From: Abditibacterium sp.
GTDB lineage: Bacteria; Armatimonadota; Abditibacteriia; Abditibacteriales; Abditibacteriaceae
Reading direction: 5' to 3'
Length of the DNA: 64,000 nt
Assembly: GCA_965199495.1 (NCBI GenBank)
Contig: CBDASK010000003.1
Location: 3,360,001 to 3,424,000 of the forward strand
Below are positions 40,288 to 49,870 of the stretch, in pieces; within the stretch, counting starts at the first letter, position 1; each line of letters opens with the position of its first letter. A program made the translations under genes and the position numbers. The notes beneath the pieces are model-generated. The model saw only the letters and a list, made by a program, of their open reading frames with translations. It was not told the origin of the DNA and ran no database searches.

Positions 40288-41103
40288 TCAATCCAGCAAC
40301 AGCGCCAACAAACTCGACAACTGGCTTTTGAGTTTAGCGCGCGGCACAATCATATCAATTTGACCGTGATTCATCTGAAATTCGGCGGATTGAAAATCGC
40401 GCGGCAATTTAATCCGCAAATTCTGTTCGATAACGCGCGCGCCAGTAAAGCCGATTAATGCGCCCGGTTCGGCGACGATGAGATCGCCCAACGACGAAAA
40501 GCTCGCTTGCACGCCCGCCATCGAAGGATCGGTCAAAATCGAAATGAACGGCAAGTTCGCCTCGCGCAGACGAGCCACGGCGGCACTGGTCTTGGCCATC
40601 TGCATCAGGCTCATCAAGCCTTCCTGCATGCGCGCGCCGCCGGTTGATGTCGCCGTCACGACGGGAATTTTTTCTTCCAAAGCGCGCTCGAACGTGCGCG
40701 TGACTTTCTCGCCGAAAACGCTGCCCATCGAGCCGCCCATGAAACCGAAATCCGAAGCGGCGATGGCAATCGGGCGATTATCCAAAATCGCGCGCCCGTT
40801 GATCATTGAATCGCGTAGGCCGGTTTTGCCCTGCGCGCCGTCGCGCTTGGGCGCGTAATCGGGGAATTGCAGCGGGTCGCGCGGACTTAAATCGGCGTCC
40901 CATTCTTCAAATTCGTCGGACAACAACGCGATGCGTTCGCGCGCGCCCAAGCGGGCGTGATAACCGCAACGCGAGCAAACTTTGAGATCGCGCAACCAAT
41001 CTTTGGTGACGAGCATCGCCCCACATTTGGGACACTTAACCATTAAGTTGGCGGGCACGTCTTCCATGCGGGCCGAAACCGGATCGTGAGGATAGCTGAT
41101 CAT
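40288..41103 (-). CDS. accD: acetyl-CoA carboxylase carboxyltransferase beta subunit
   Basis: KCPKC..C..C zinc finger, FMGGSMG, GGARMQEG, AEPGALIGF.G.RVIEQ. Confidence 0.97.
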   Translation of the reverse strand: MISYPHDPVSARMEDVPANLMVKCPKCGAMLVTKDWLRDLKVCSRCGYHARLGARERIALLSDEFEEWDADLSPRDPLQFPDYAPKRDGAQGKTGLRDSMINGRAILDNRPIAIAASDFGFMGGSMGSVFGEKVTRTFERALEEKIPVVTATSTGGARMQEGLMSLMQMAKTSAAVARLREANLPFISILTDPSMAGVQASFSSLGDLIVAEPGALIGFTGARVIEQNLRIKLPRDFQSAEFQMNHGQIDMIVPRAKLKSQLSSLLALLLD

Positions 41104-41105
41104 GG

Positions 41106-41220
41106 GAAAGGATGAAGGCTGAAGGATAAAGGATGAAAAGGGGGCAAATAGCAGCCGAGCAACGAAGAATAAAATAGCAAAAACCCTTTTTATCCTTTAT
41201 CCTTCAGCCTTCATCCTTTC
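41106..41220. repeat. heptamer (AAGGAT[G/A]) inverted repeat between divergent accD and pheA
   Basis: gaaaggatgaaggctgaaggataaaggatgaaaaggg / ccctttttatcctttatccttcagccttcatcctttc. Confidence 0.9.
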
Positions 41221-41272
41221 TTAGCTTGCCTGATTTAGAGCGTTTTAGCCAACTTTTGTTCACTTAACTTCG

Positions 41273-42379
41273 ATGAATTCGCAAACTCCGTCCGCCCCAA
41301 ACTCCGACGAATTGGCGCCGTGGCGCGTCAAAATTGACGCCATTGACCAGGAACTATTGCAGCTTTTGCAAAAGCGTGTCGAGTGCGCGCTCGCCGTCGG
41401 CGAAATCAAAAAGCGCAATGGTTGGCCTTTGCACGATCCCGCGCGCGAAAAATTGATCTACGAAAAGCTGCGCGCCCAACAAACCGAAATCGGCGGCGAC
41501 TTGCCCGCTTCGGCCATCACCGCAATTTATCGCGAAATAATTTCGGCCTGCCGCGCCGCCGAACATCCGGTTTCCCTCGCGTTTCTCGGCCCCGCCGGCA
41601 CCAACACGCAAGAAGCCGCCGCGCAGTTTTTCGGCGCCACCGTCGAAGGCTTGCCGTGCGCCAATCCCGACGAAGTCTGCCGCGCCGTGGCTGCGGGTCA
41701 GGTGCAATACGGCGTGCTGGCGATTGAAAACTCGATTCACGGCATGGTTTCGCCCACGCTCGATTTATTGGCCGACGCGCCGCTCGCCATCGTCGCCGAA
41801 GTCGAATTGCTGATTCATCATTGTTTGCTCGCCAACTGCGATTTGGAGCGCATCACGCGCGTCTATTCGCACGAACAGGCGTTGGCGCAGTGCCGTGGCT
41901 GGTTGCAGGCGCACTTGCCCGACGCGACATTAATTCCGGTTCCGTCAACCGCGCGCGGCGCCGAAATCGCCGCGACCGAAAAAGGCGCCGCTTCGATTAG
42001 CGCCGCGATTGCCGCCAACATTTACGGATTGCAAATCGCGGCACGCAACATCGAAGATATGGCGGGCAACAAAACGCGGTTTTGGGTCGTCGGTTCGCCC
42101 GACAAAGCCGCGCCGCCTTCGGGCCACGACAAAACTTCGCTGACTTTTCTCACGCCGCACAAACCGGGCGCTTTGGTCGAAGTTCTGGGCGTTTTCTCGC
42201 GCTACGATGTCAACGTCGCAATGATTCAAAGCCGCCCGTCGCGCCAGGCCGCGTGGGAATATCGCTTTTTCGCCGATTTGGCCGGGCACCGCGACGACGA
42301 TAATCTTAAAAGCGCGTTAGAAGAATTGCGCAATCACACGGTGAGTTACAAAATCATCGGTTCGTATCCCGAAGCGTAA
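41273..42379 (+). CDS. pheA: chorismate mutase/prephenate dehydratase
   Basis: R..ID.ID CM domain, FLGP.GT, ENS..G, N.TRF, ACT domain with SRP. Confidence 0.96.
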   Translation: MNSQTPSAPNSDELAPWRVKIDAIDQELLQLLQKRVECALAVGEIKKRNGWPLHDPAREKLIYEKLRAQQTEIGGDLPASAITAIYREIISACRAAEHPVSLAFLGPAGTNTQEAAAQFFGATVEGLPCANPDEVCRAVAAGQVQYGVLAIENSIHGMVSPTLDLLADAPLAIVAEVELLIHHCLLANCDLERITRVYSHEQALAQCRGWLQAHLPDATLIPVPSTARGAEIAATEKGAASISAAIAANIYGLQIAARNIEDMAGNKTRFWVVGSPDKAAPPSGHDKTSLTFLTPHKPGALVEVLGVFSRYDVNVAMIQSRPSRQAAWEYRFFADLAGHRDDDNLKSALEELRNHTVSYKIIGSYPEA

Positions 42380-42541
42380 ATACCTTAGCCACAGAGGGCA
42401 CAGAGAACACACAGAGGGACACAGAAAGAACGAAGAATTTAAAATTTGATCGCTCGGATTGTTCTTCGTAATTTTAATCTCTTCGTTCTTTCTGTGTCCC
42501 TCTGTGTGTTCTCTGTGCCCTCTGTGGCTAAGGTATTTACG
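42375..42541. repeat. CACAGAG-unit palindromic element, copy 3; includes both flanking stop codons
   Basis: cgtaaataccttagccacagagggcacagag ... ctctgtgccctctgtggctaaggtatttacg. Confidence 0.92.
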
Positions 42542-43292
42542 ATTTACGAGCGCACCACATCACGCCGTTTTTCAACACTTTCTGCACGTTTTCGTTGTGA
42601 AACGTGCCGACGGTTTCGTGGCCGGGCCGAAAGTAAAAGACGCGGCCCGCGCCTTCGCCCTGATTGGCGCCTTTGCCGCCGCCCGATGTAAATTCCGGAT
42701 CAATGCCTTTGCCGACGCTGAGCGTGAAGCCGGACGGGAAATATTCGCCGCCGTGCGGGAAATATGACTGAAAAACCAACGTTTGAAACTCCGGCGCGCC
42801 AAACGGGGCGCCATACATTTCTTCGTTTTCGATGACGAAATCTTCGATGCCTTGAGCAATCGGATGTTTGGGCGCGCAAACGGTGATTTCCTCGCGCTCG
42901 AAACCTTCGATTTCGCGCCAGCCGCCTTTCAAATGGCCGGTCGCGCCGGTCACGGCTTTGTAAGTTTTCGAGTAATGCCCCGAATGCAGCGGCATAAATC
43001 CCAGACCATCTTCGTGAACCGCACGCTTGACGATTTGCGCGGTTTCGTCGCTCACTTCGCCGTGACGCGCGTGGCCCCACCAGATGAGAACATCGTAATT
43101 TTTCAGCTTTTCGGCGGTGATGCCTTGATTTTCGTCGTCCAAATTGGCGACATCGGCCTGGATTTCTCCAGCGCCGAGTTTGTTTAAGGCGTCGGCGATG
43201 GCGCCGTTGAGCGAGGTCGGGTAGGTGGTTTTGTCGGCGTGGCTGGGAGCTTCGTCCCACACCAGAACTTTGACGGGAGTATTTTGTGCCAT
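42537..43292 (-). CDS. ThuA (trehalose utilization) domain protein
   Basis: DVLIWWGH..H, LHSGH.SK, EEMY, GRVFYFRPGHET. Confidence 0.9.
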   Translation of the reverse strand: MAQNTPVKVLVWDEAPSHADKTTYPTSLNGAIADALNKLGAGEIQADVANLDDENQGITAEKLKNYDVLIWWGHARHGEVSDETAQIVKRAVHEDGLGFMPLHSGHYSKTYKAVTGATGHLKGGWREIEGFEREEITVCAPKHPIAQGIEDFVIENEEMYGAPFGAPEFQTLVFQSYFPHGGEYFPSGFTLSVGKGIDPEFTSGGGKGANQGEGAGRVFYFRPGHETVGTFHNENVQKVLKNGVMWCARKS

Positions 43293-43351
43293 AGGAAATT
43301 GTTCGTTTGCGAACAGGCGCAAGTATGCCAAAACTTCTAAGCTATTTCCCT

Positions 43352-44017
43352 GTGAACAATTCTTCCAATGCTTTGCGCGCCGTCATTTTCGATTTCGACG
43401 GCACGTTGCTCGATACTTTTCCCGCGATTTCCGTCGCTTTCAACGCGGCGTTGTCGCCGATATTTAATCGCACTTATTCCGACGCCGAAGTGATTTCGCA
43501 TTTCGGCCCGCCCGACGAAGGCATGATCGCCAACGTGCTGAAAAATCATTCGCGCGCGGAATATGACGCCGCCATCGAACGTTATTTCGCGGCATTTGAA
43601 ATCGCCGACCAACCGATTCAACCGTTCGACGGCATCGTTGATTTGCTCGATGGATTGGCCGCGCGCCAAATTCCGATGGGCATAATGACGGGCAAAGGTC
43701 GCCGCGCCGCCGAACTTACGATTCAGCGTTTGAATTGGCATCCGCGTTTCGGCACCATCGTTACCGGCGATGACGCCGACGCCAAACCGGCGCCCGACGG
43801 GCCGTTGTTGGCGGCGTTCGAGCTAAATATCGCGCCCGAAAATTGCGTTTATGTCGGTGATTCGCCCGCCGACGTGAGTGCAGCCACGGCGGCGGGCATG
43901 AAGTCAGTTGTGGCCGGTTGGCACGGCTTTTTTCACGAAAAACTCAAGCCGATGAATTATGATTTCTGGGCCAATTCGCCCGCCGAGTTGGCGGCGTGGC
44001 TACGCGAGCAATTGTAA
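43352..44017 (+). CDS. HAD family hydrolase
   Basis: FDFDGTLLDT, KP.PD, YVGDS..D. Confidence 0.9.
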   Translation: MNNSSNALRAVIFDFDGTLLDTFPAISVAFNAALSPIFNRTYSDAEVISHFGPPDEGMIANVLKNHSRAEYDAAIERYFAAFEIADQPIQPFDGIVDLLDGLAARQIPMGIMTGKGRRAAELTIQRLNWHPRFGTIVTGDDADAKPAPDGPLLAAFELNIAPENCVYVGDSPADVSAATAAGMKSVVAGWHGFFHEKLKPMNYDFWANSPAELAAWLREQL

Positions 44018-45477
44018 TGTCTCAACCGCTCATCACCTTGAAAAACGCGCGCGTTGAACTCGATAATCGCGTCATTTTACAAAATCTGAATTGGAGATTA
44101 AACGCGGGCGCGCACGCCGCCGTTATCGGCGCCAATGGGAGCGGGAAGTCCACTTTTTTGCGAATGATCGCCGGGCAAATTTGGCCGCGCCCAACCAAAT
44201 CACGCACTTACGCGTTTGGCGCCGCGCCGACGCATACGCCGCTTTTGGCGCGCGAACGCATCGCGCATCTGTCGCCCGAAATTCAGGAAAAATACGTGCG
44301 CCAAGGTTTAATCGGCGCCGAGGGCGCGCGCGGCTGGGAGTTGACGGCGCGCGAAGTGATTCTCAGCGGTTGGTTCGATTCGGCATTATTGCATCAAACG
44401 CCCGACGAAGCGCAGCAAGCGCGCGCCGACGAGTTATTGGCGCAATTCGATTTGGGCGCGTTGGCCCATCGTTCGTATTCGACTTTGTCGCAGGGACAAC
44501 TGAGACGCGTGTTGCTGGCGCGTGCCCTCGTCAAATCGCCCCAGGTTTTGCTGTTGGACGAAGCGTGTAGCGGCTTAGATTTTCGCGCGCGCGGCGCCTT
44601 GTTGGAACACATCGAAACGTTGGCGCGAAGCGAACAAACCACGTTAGTGATGACGACGCATCGCGCCGACGAATTGGTGCCTTCGATTGGCGCGATTTGG
44701 GAAATGCGTGCTGCGACAATTGGGCGCGTTGTGGCGGCGGGACTTGCGCCCTCTTCCAAACGGCTTGCGAAGCGAAAACCGCGTTTGGAAGAGGGCGCAA
44801 GCCCCGCTCCTTCGTCTGACGCAAAGCCGCTCCTCCAACTGCGCAATGCCGCCGTCACCATCGAAGGCAACGCGATTATCCCGCCGCTCGATTGGGCGTG
44901 GCTGCCCGGCCAGCATTGGGTTTTTAGCGGCGATAACGGCAGCGGCAAATCCACGTTTATGCGCTTATTGCGCGGCCAAATCGCGCCCGCGTGGGGCGGA
45001 ACTGTCGAACGATTCGGCTCCGACAAACGTCGCTCGCTCGAAGCAATCGGGCGCGACATCGCGTTATTGTCACCCCAGATTCAGGCGCGTTTCGGCGACG
45101 AAATGCCTGTCGAAGACGCCATCGGCAGCGGCTTTCTCGATGCTTTTGAACTGTGGCGCGCCTTGACCGACGAAGAAAAATCGCGCGTTGACAAAATCAT
45201 AATCGCTCTCGAATTGGGCGATTTGCGCGGGCGCACTTTCGGCAAGCTCAGTTACGGCCAAACGCGCCGCGTGTTGCTGGCGTGCGCGCTCGTTGTGTCG
45301 CCGAAAATCGTTTTGCTCGACGAAGCTCTCGACGGCCTCGATGCAGCCACGCGGGCGCGCATGAGCGAATTGTTGGGCGCAATGGCGCAGAGCGGAACGC
45401 ATTTCGCGTTCGCCTCGCATCACGCGGCGGATTTTCCCGATTGGGTCACGAATGAGTTAAAGTTTCCGATTGCGTAA
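44017..45477 (+). CDS. double-domain ABC ATP-binding protein (ModF-like)
   Basis: GANGSGKST/LSQGQ/LLLDE and GDNGSGKST/LSYGQ/VLLDE. Confidence 0.9.
   Translation: MSQPLITLKNARVELDNRVILQNLNWRLNAGAHAAVIGANGSGKSTFLRMIAGQIWPRPTKSRTYAFGAAPTHTPLLARERIAHLSPEIQEKYVRQGLIGAEGARGWELTAREVILSGWFDSALLHQTPDEAQQARADELLAQFDLGALAHRSYSTLSQGQLRRVLLARALVKSPQVLLLDEACSGLDFRARGALLEHIETLARSEQTTLVMTTHRADELVPSIGAIWEMRAATIGRVVAAGLAPSSKRLAKRKPRLEEGASPAPSSDAKPLLQLRNAAVTIEGNAIIPPLDWAWLPGQHWVFSGDNGSGKSTFMRLLRGQIAPAWGGTVERFGSDKRRSLEAIGRDIALLSPQIQARFGDEMPVEDAIGSGFLDAFELWRALTDEEKSRVDKIIIALELGDLRGRTFGKLSYGQTRRVLLACALVVSPKIVLLDEALDGLDAATRARMSELLGAMAQSGTHFAFASHHAADFPDWVTNELKFPIA
44737..44807. repeat. palindromic element copy 3, in frame inside the ABC gene linker
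   Basis: gcgggacttgcgccctcttccaaacg / cgtttggaagagggcgcaagccccgc. Confidence 0.9.
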
Positions 45478-45491
45478 GAATTAAACTTGCA

Positions 45492-45611
45492 CCCGTAGGG
45501 TCAAAACATGTTTTGACCGCGCCGAAACCTTCGCAATTCCGGCTTTCGCAATTCCGGCTTTCGCGACGCGGAATTTTGCGACGCGGTCAAAACATGTTTT
45601 GACCCTACGGG
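45492..45611. repeat. GTAG-type REP doublet with an internal 15-bp tandem duplication
   Basis: cccgtagggtcaaaacatgttttgaccgcg / cgcggtcaaaacatgttttgaccctacggg; ttcgcaattccggct x2. Confidence 0.9.
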
Positions 45612-45679
45612 CGCGCGGCTTAGCTGACGTTCGTCTCTGGAATTTGGCAACTGGCCAAAATCGCGAAACAGAACTTTCG

Positions 45680-47299
45680 ATGACCGCTTTTGCCGATGCC
45701 GAATATCTGCGCGAACAACGTCGTTTTCGCCGCCTCGAAGTTTCGTTGCCGGTTTGGATTTCGACGGCGCAGGCGTTGGCCGAGGGCCACGAAATTTGGG
45801 AGCTGGGCTACACGCGCGATATTTCGTTGGGCGGTGCCAAAATTGTGGTGCCGCCGGGCGAAGAAACGCAGTGGCGCGCCGCCGCCCGCACGGGCACGCC
45901 GATTGTGGTACGTTTTGCCGACGATAATGCCGCCGATTCGATGATTTCGGCGTGGGCGCGCCATGTCGAAATCGGCAAAAACGATTTGTTGCTCGGCGTG
46001 CAGTTCGATGCAGCCACAGCGCGTGCGGCGCGCGAAAACGCGCTCAAACGCGGGTTCGCCACGCTGAAAAATCGGCGCAAATGGCAGGGCGCCTTCGCCG
46101 TGGCTGCTGCGCTGGCGCTGGCGGCGATTTTCGCCGTTCAGGGTTTGCGCGCCGATTTGCTCAAGCGCGACGCCAAAATCAAAACGTTGATTGCGCAGCA
46201 AAATCAGGCGCGCGCCCAACTCGCGGTTTTGTCGAAGCCAATGCTGGCCGTCACCAAATCGCAGGGCATTGACCGCGAATTCGCGCGCCAACAAGTGCAA
46301 ACTCGGCTCGAAGATTTGAAGGCGAACATGGCGCGACTGAATGATCCGACGAATATGAAAGTCGCTATCGCGGAGCGCCAAAAGGGCGCGCAAAAATTGG
46401 GTTTGAGTTTGCAGCCATCCTCGAATAAGGCGCGCGTGCAACTGGCGGTCGCGTTTCCCTACGGCTACAATTGGCCGCTCGTCGTCGGCGATTTGGAAGC
46501 CGCTTTAAATCGCAAAATTCCGCAAGTCGTGACGTTTCAGGATTGGAGCGCGCCGTTTCCCGATTTGGATGCGCGCGAGGCGCGGGCGCGCGGCAAAACG
46601 CTGCAAATTACGTGGGAGCCGTGGCATTTCGCCGACCCGAACGCGGTGAAATTGAACGATATTATCGCGGGAAAATATGACAAATACATTGATAGTTGGG
46701 CGAACGGCGCGCGCAGTTTCGGCGGCGAAATCTGGATTCGCTGGGGCCACGAAATGAACGGTAACTGGTATCCGTGGAGTTTGGGCCAAAACGGCGGCGA
46801 CGCGCAAACTTACGTTCGTGCTTATCGCCATATTCACGACCGTTTTCGCCGCGCGGGCGCTTCCAACGTGCGCTGGGTCTGGTGTTTCAACGCCGAAAGC
46901 GTGCCCGACGTGAGCTGGAACGACCCGGCCAAGGCTTATCCCGGCGACGCTTACGTGGACGCCGTGGCTGTTGATGGCTATAACTTCGGGACGACGACGG
47001 CGCATTCGCGCTGGCAAAGTTTTGAAGAGATTTTCGCGCGTCCGGTTGCCCTCGCAACCAAAAATTGGCCGACCAAACCACTGTGGATCGGCGAAACCGG
47101 TTGCGCCACAACCGGCGGCGACAAAGTGAAATGGTTGGGCGCGATGGATGCCGCGTTGCGCGGGCCGTTCAATCGCGTCGAAAGCGTGACGTGGTTCGAG
47201 GCCGCCAAAGAGGCCGATTGGCGTGTGATGTCGTCGGTGCAAAGCGCCAAAACCGCGCGCCAAATTTGGAACGAGGATTATTATCGGCGCGGCGAGTAG
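45680..47299 (+). CDS. PilZ - TM - coiled coil - glycoside hydrolase family 26 fusion
   Basis: RRFRR and DISLGG (PilZ); TWEPW, HEMNGNWYPW, YPGD.YVD, DGYN, IGETG (GH26). Confidence 0.85.
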   Translation: MTAFADAEYLREQRRFRRLEVSLPVWISTAQALAEGHEIWELGYTRDISLGGAKIVVPPGEETQWRAAARTGTPIVVRFADDNAADSMISAWARHVEIGKNDLLLGVQFDAATARAARENALKRGFATLKNRRKWQGAFAVAAALALAAIFAVQGLRADLLKRDAKIKTLIAQQNQARAQLAVLSKPMLAVTKSQGIDREFARQQVQTRLEDLKANMARLNDPTNMKVAIAERQKGAQKLGLSLQPSSNKARVQLAVAFPYGYNWPLVVGDLEAALNRKIPQVVTFQDWSAPFPDLDAREARARGKTLQITWEPWHFADPNAVKLNDIIAGKYDKYIDSWANGARSFGGEIWIRWGHEMNGNWYPWSLGQNGGDAQTYVRAYRHIHDRFRRAGASNVRWVWCFNAESVPDVSWNDPAKAYPGDAYVDAVAVDGYNFGTTTAHSRWQSFEEIFARPVALATKNWPTKPLWIGETGCATTGGDKVKWLGAMDAALRGPFNRVESVTWFEAAKEADWRVMSSVQSAKTARQIWNEDYYRRGE

Positions 47300-47305
47300 G
47301 GATTC

Positions 47306-49522
47306 TCAACGCGAATTCATGCGTTTAATCAATTTGTCGCGCGTTTGCCGCGCCCACTCGATGTCGAGTAGATTGCCTTCGACTTCCAATATTTCGAGGG
47401 CGCTTTCGATGCACGCGAGCGCCGCTGGATAATCGCCAGATTCACGCAGTGCCAACGCTTTTTGGTGCAAGGTATGGGCGCGCTCGTGGGCGTCGTCGTC
47501 GCGCGAGAAGACGGAAAGCGCGTTATCGTAACACGCGATTTCTTCGCGCAACCGAGCAGCCACGTCGAAGTCGTCGGCTTCCGACAACGCGTAAGCGATG
47601 CTGTTTTGCGTCCGCGCCCAATCGTAAGGATAAGCGGCCAGCGTCAGAACTTCGAGCGCGTCGTCGTAACATTGCAGCGCCGCGCGCGCGTTGGCCGCGT
47701 GGTCGCCCGTCTCCAAATCCATCAGTGCATCGCCTTTATTACGCCGTGTGAATGCCCAGTAAATCGGATGTGATTGGCGCGTGAAAACCGTCAGCGCCGC
47801 GTCGTAAGACGCGATGGCTTCGTCTAAATCGCCCGTGCCCTCTTCTTCATAGAGATCGTTGATGGCGCGCGCCCGATTTTTGTGCGCTTTGGCCCATTCA
47901 TCCGGGGCAGAATCGCGCGAGTAAACGCTCAACGAGTCATCGTAACAGGCGATGGCCGCGCGCAGATTGGCGGCGCGCGTGCCGTCGAACAGTTCGCGCA
48001 AAGCGTCGCCCGTTGAGGCGCGCGAACTCGCCCAATTACTGGGGTCGGAATCGCGCGTATAAATCTGTTGAGCCAACTCGAAACACTTGATGGCCGCGCG
48101 CAAATTGGCGGTATGATCGCCGTCGGTGGACATTTTCAAAACCAGACCTTTCAAGTTCTGGTTGAAAGCCCAATCTTGTGGATGTAGAGCGCGGGTGCAA
48201 ACCGAAAGCGCCGCGTCGTGACAGGCGAGCGATTGGCGGAAAAACTCGTCTTTCTCGGCTTTATCGTCGTCGCGAAATCGCGTCAGTTGGACCAACGCGT
48301 AAGCCTTTTCGTTCTGACACTGCGCCCACAGAATCGCCCAACTTTGTTTGCTCCAAATACCAATCGCCGCATCGAAACAAATCAGCGCGGCCCGAATGTT
48401 GGCTTCGCGCGCGCCGTCGTCCAATCTACACAGAGCGCACGCTTTGTTGTATTGGATCTTGCCCCACTGCTCCGCGTTGGCGGGCGCCAGAAATTCCAAA
48501 ACTTCGTCGCAACGCGCGATGGCGGCGCGCAAATGAACGGCGCGATTGCCGTCACCATCGTCCAAATTGAGCAGCGCGGTCGAGAGATTAACGTGCGTGC
48601 CCGCCCAATCGTCGAGGTGACTTTCGCGCGTGCGGACTTGCAGTGCCAACTCGTAACATTCTATGGCTCGCCGAATATTGGCGGCATCGTTCCCGCCGAG
48701 ATGGCGCCATGCGGTGCCATTGTTATTGTGCGTCAGCGCCCAATCTATCGGGTTGGCTTCGCGCGTCCAAATCGTCAAGGCCACCTCGAAACATGCGATG
48801 GCAAGGCGCAAATTGGCGTCGTTATCTTCCCAACTCGCCAGAGTTTTCCACGCGATGCCTTTGTCGTTATGCAACCCGGCCCAAGAGTCCGGATAATCCT
48901 CGCGCGTGAAAAACAACAACGCGGCATCGTAAGCGTCGTGGGCCGCGCGTATATTTTCGGGTTGCTTGCCGTCTTGCATTTCATCGAGAATGCTGGCGAG
49001 ATGCCATTGGTTGAGCGCCCAATCATAGGGAAATGCGTCGGGCGTGTGAACCGTCAGCGCCGCATTGATACATTCCAGCGCCAATTGATATTGCGCTAAC
49101 CCCGCTTCTTCGCCCAAATCGCGATGGGCCAGACATTTCAAAGACTGCGTTTCGGCCCACTCACGCGGATGTTTCTCGCGCGTCAAAATCGTCAACGCCG
49201 TTTGATGGCATTCGATAACTTCGTTTAAATCGCCCACGCGTTGCTTGAACCAGAGCGCGTGCAAAGCGGCGCCTTTGGCTTTGTGCAAACGCGCCCATCT
49301 CAGCGGCGCCGTTTCCAACGTAAAAACTGCCAACGCCGCATCGAAACACGCAATGGCCGCGTTCAAGTTGGCAGCGTTGTCGCCATCGGCGTCGCGCAAG
49401 AGAAAGAGCGCATCGCCCTTTTTCCATTGCAACGTCGCCCGCCTTTGCGGCGACGTGGCTGCTATCAGCGCGTCGTCGTAGTTCGCGATGTCGGCGCGCA
49501 AATTTTCGTCGTCTTGAATCAT
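47306..49522 (-). CDS. tetratricopeptide repeat protein
   Basis: Repeats of about 45 aa, AI.CYD.AL.VFTRE..P..WA....NKG.A, across the whole length. Confidence 0.88.
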   Translation of the reverse strand: MIQDDENLRADIANYDDALIAATSPQRRATLQWKKGDALFLLRDADGDNAANLNAAIACFDAALAVFTLETAPLRWARLHKAKGAALHALWFKQRVGDLNEVIECHQTALTILTREKHPREWAETQSLKCLAHRDLGEEAGLAQYQLALECINAALTVHTPDAFPYDWALNQWHLASILDEMQDGKQPENIRAAHDAYDAALLFFTREDYPDSWAGLHNDKGIAWKTLASWEDNDANLRLAIACFEVALTIWTREANPIDWALTHNNNGTAWRHLGGNDAANIRRAIECYELALQVRTRESHLDDWAGTHVNLSTALLNLDDGDGNRAVHLRAAIARCDEVLEFLAPANAEQWGKIQYNKACALCRLDDGAREANIRAALICFDAAIGIWSKQSWAILWAQCQNEKAYALVQLTRFRDDDKAEKDEFFRQSLACHDAALSVCTRALHPQDWAFNQNLKGLVLKMSTDGDHTANLRAAIKCFELAQQIYTRDSDPSNWASSRASTGDALRELFDGTRAANLRAAIACYDDSLSVYSRDSAPDEWAKAHKNRARAINDLYEEEGTGDLDEAIASYDAALTVFTRQSHPIYWAFTRRNKGDALMDLETGDHAANARAALQCYDDALEVLTLAAYPYDWARTQNSIAYALSEADDFDVAARLREEIACYDNALSVFSRDDDAHERAHTLHQKALALRESGDYPAALACIESALEILEVEGNLLDIEWARQTRDKLIKRMNSR

Positions 49523-49553
49523 AATTGCAGCATCCCCGAAACGCGCGCGTGTT

Positions 49554-49778
49554 TCATTTTTTCAAAATTTCTCTGAGGCGCGCCGCATCGCCGGTTAATT
49601 GGATATTGCCGCAATCGAGACAAATCGCGGCTTCGACATTGATAGTGACATTGCCAAAAAATAAAGGCGCGGGAGACGGGGCACTGAAAGGCCGAAAAGT
49701 AACTTTTCTTTGTCCGATGAGGTCGCCCGCTTCCAGATGGGAGCCACCGCAACGCGCGCAGGTTGAATTGAGTTCCAT
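49554..49778 (-). CDS. small zinc-ribbon protein
   Basis: CARCG ... CLDCG. Confidence 0.6.
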   Translation of the reverse strand: MELNSTCARCGGSHLEAGDLIGQRKVTFRPFSAPSPAPLFFGNVTINVEAAICLDCGNIQLTGDAARLREILKK

Positions 49779-49870
49779 TGCGCGTCAAAGTTTACGGTTT
49801 CACTGCACCAAACGCGAAAGTTCGCTAATCTTTAATGCGCTCCGACGCGTTCGCGTTTGTTCTCTTTTCG

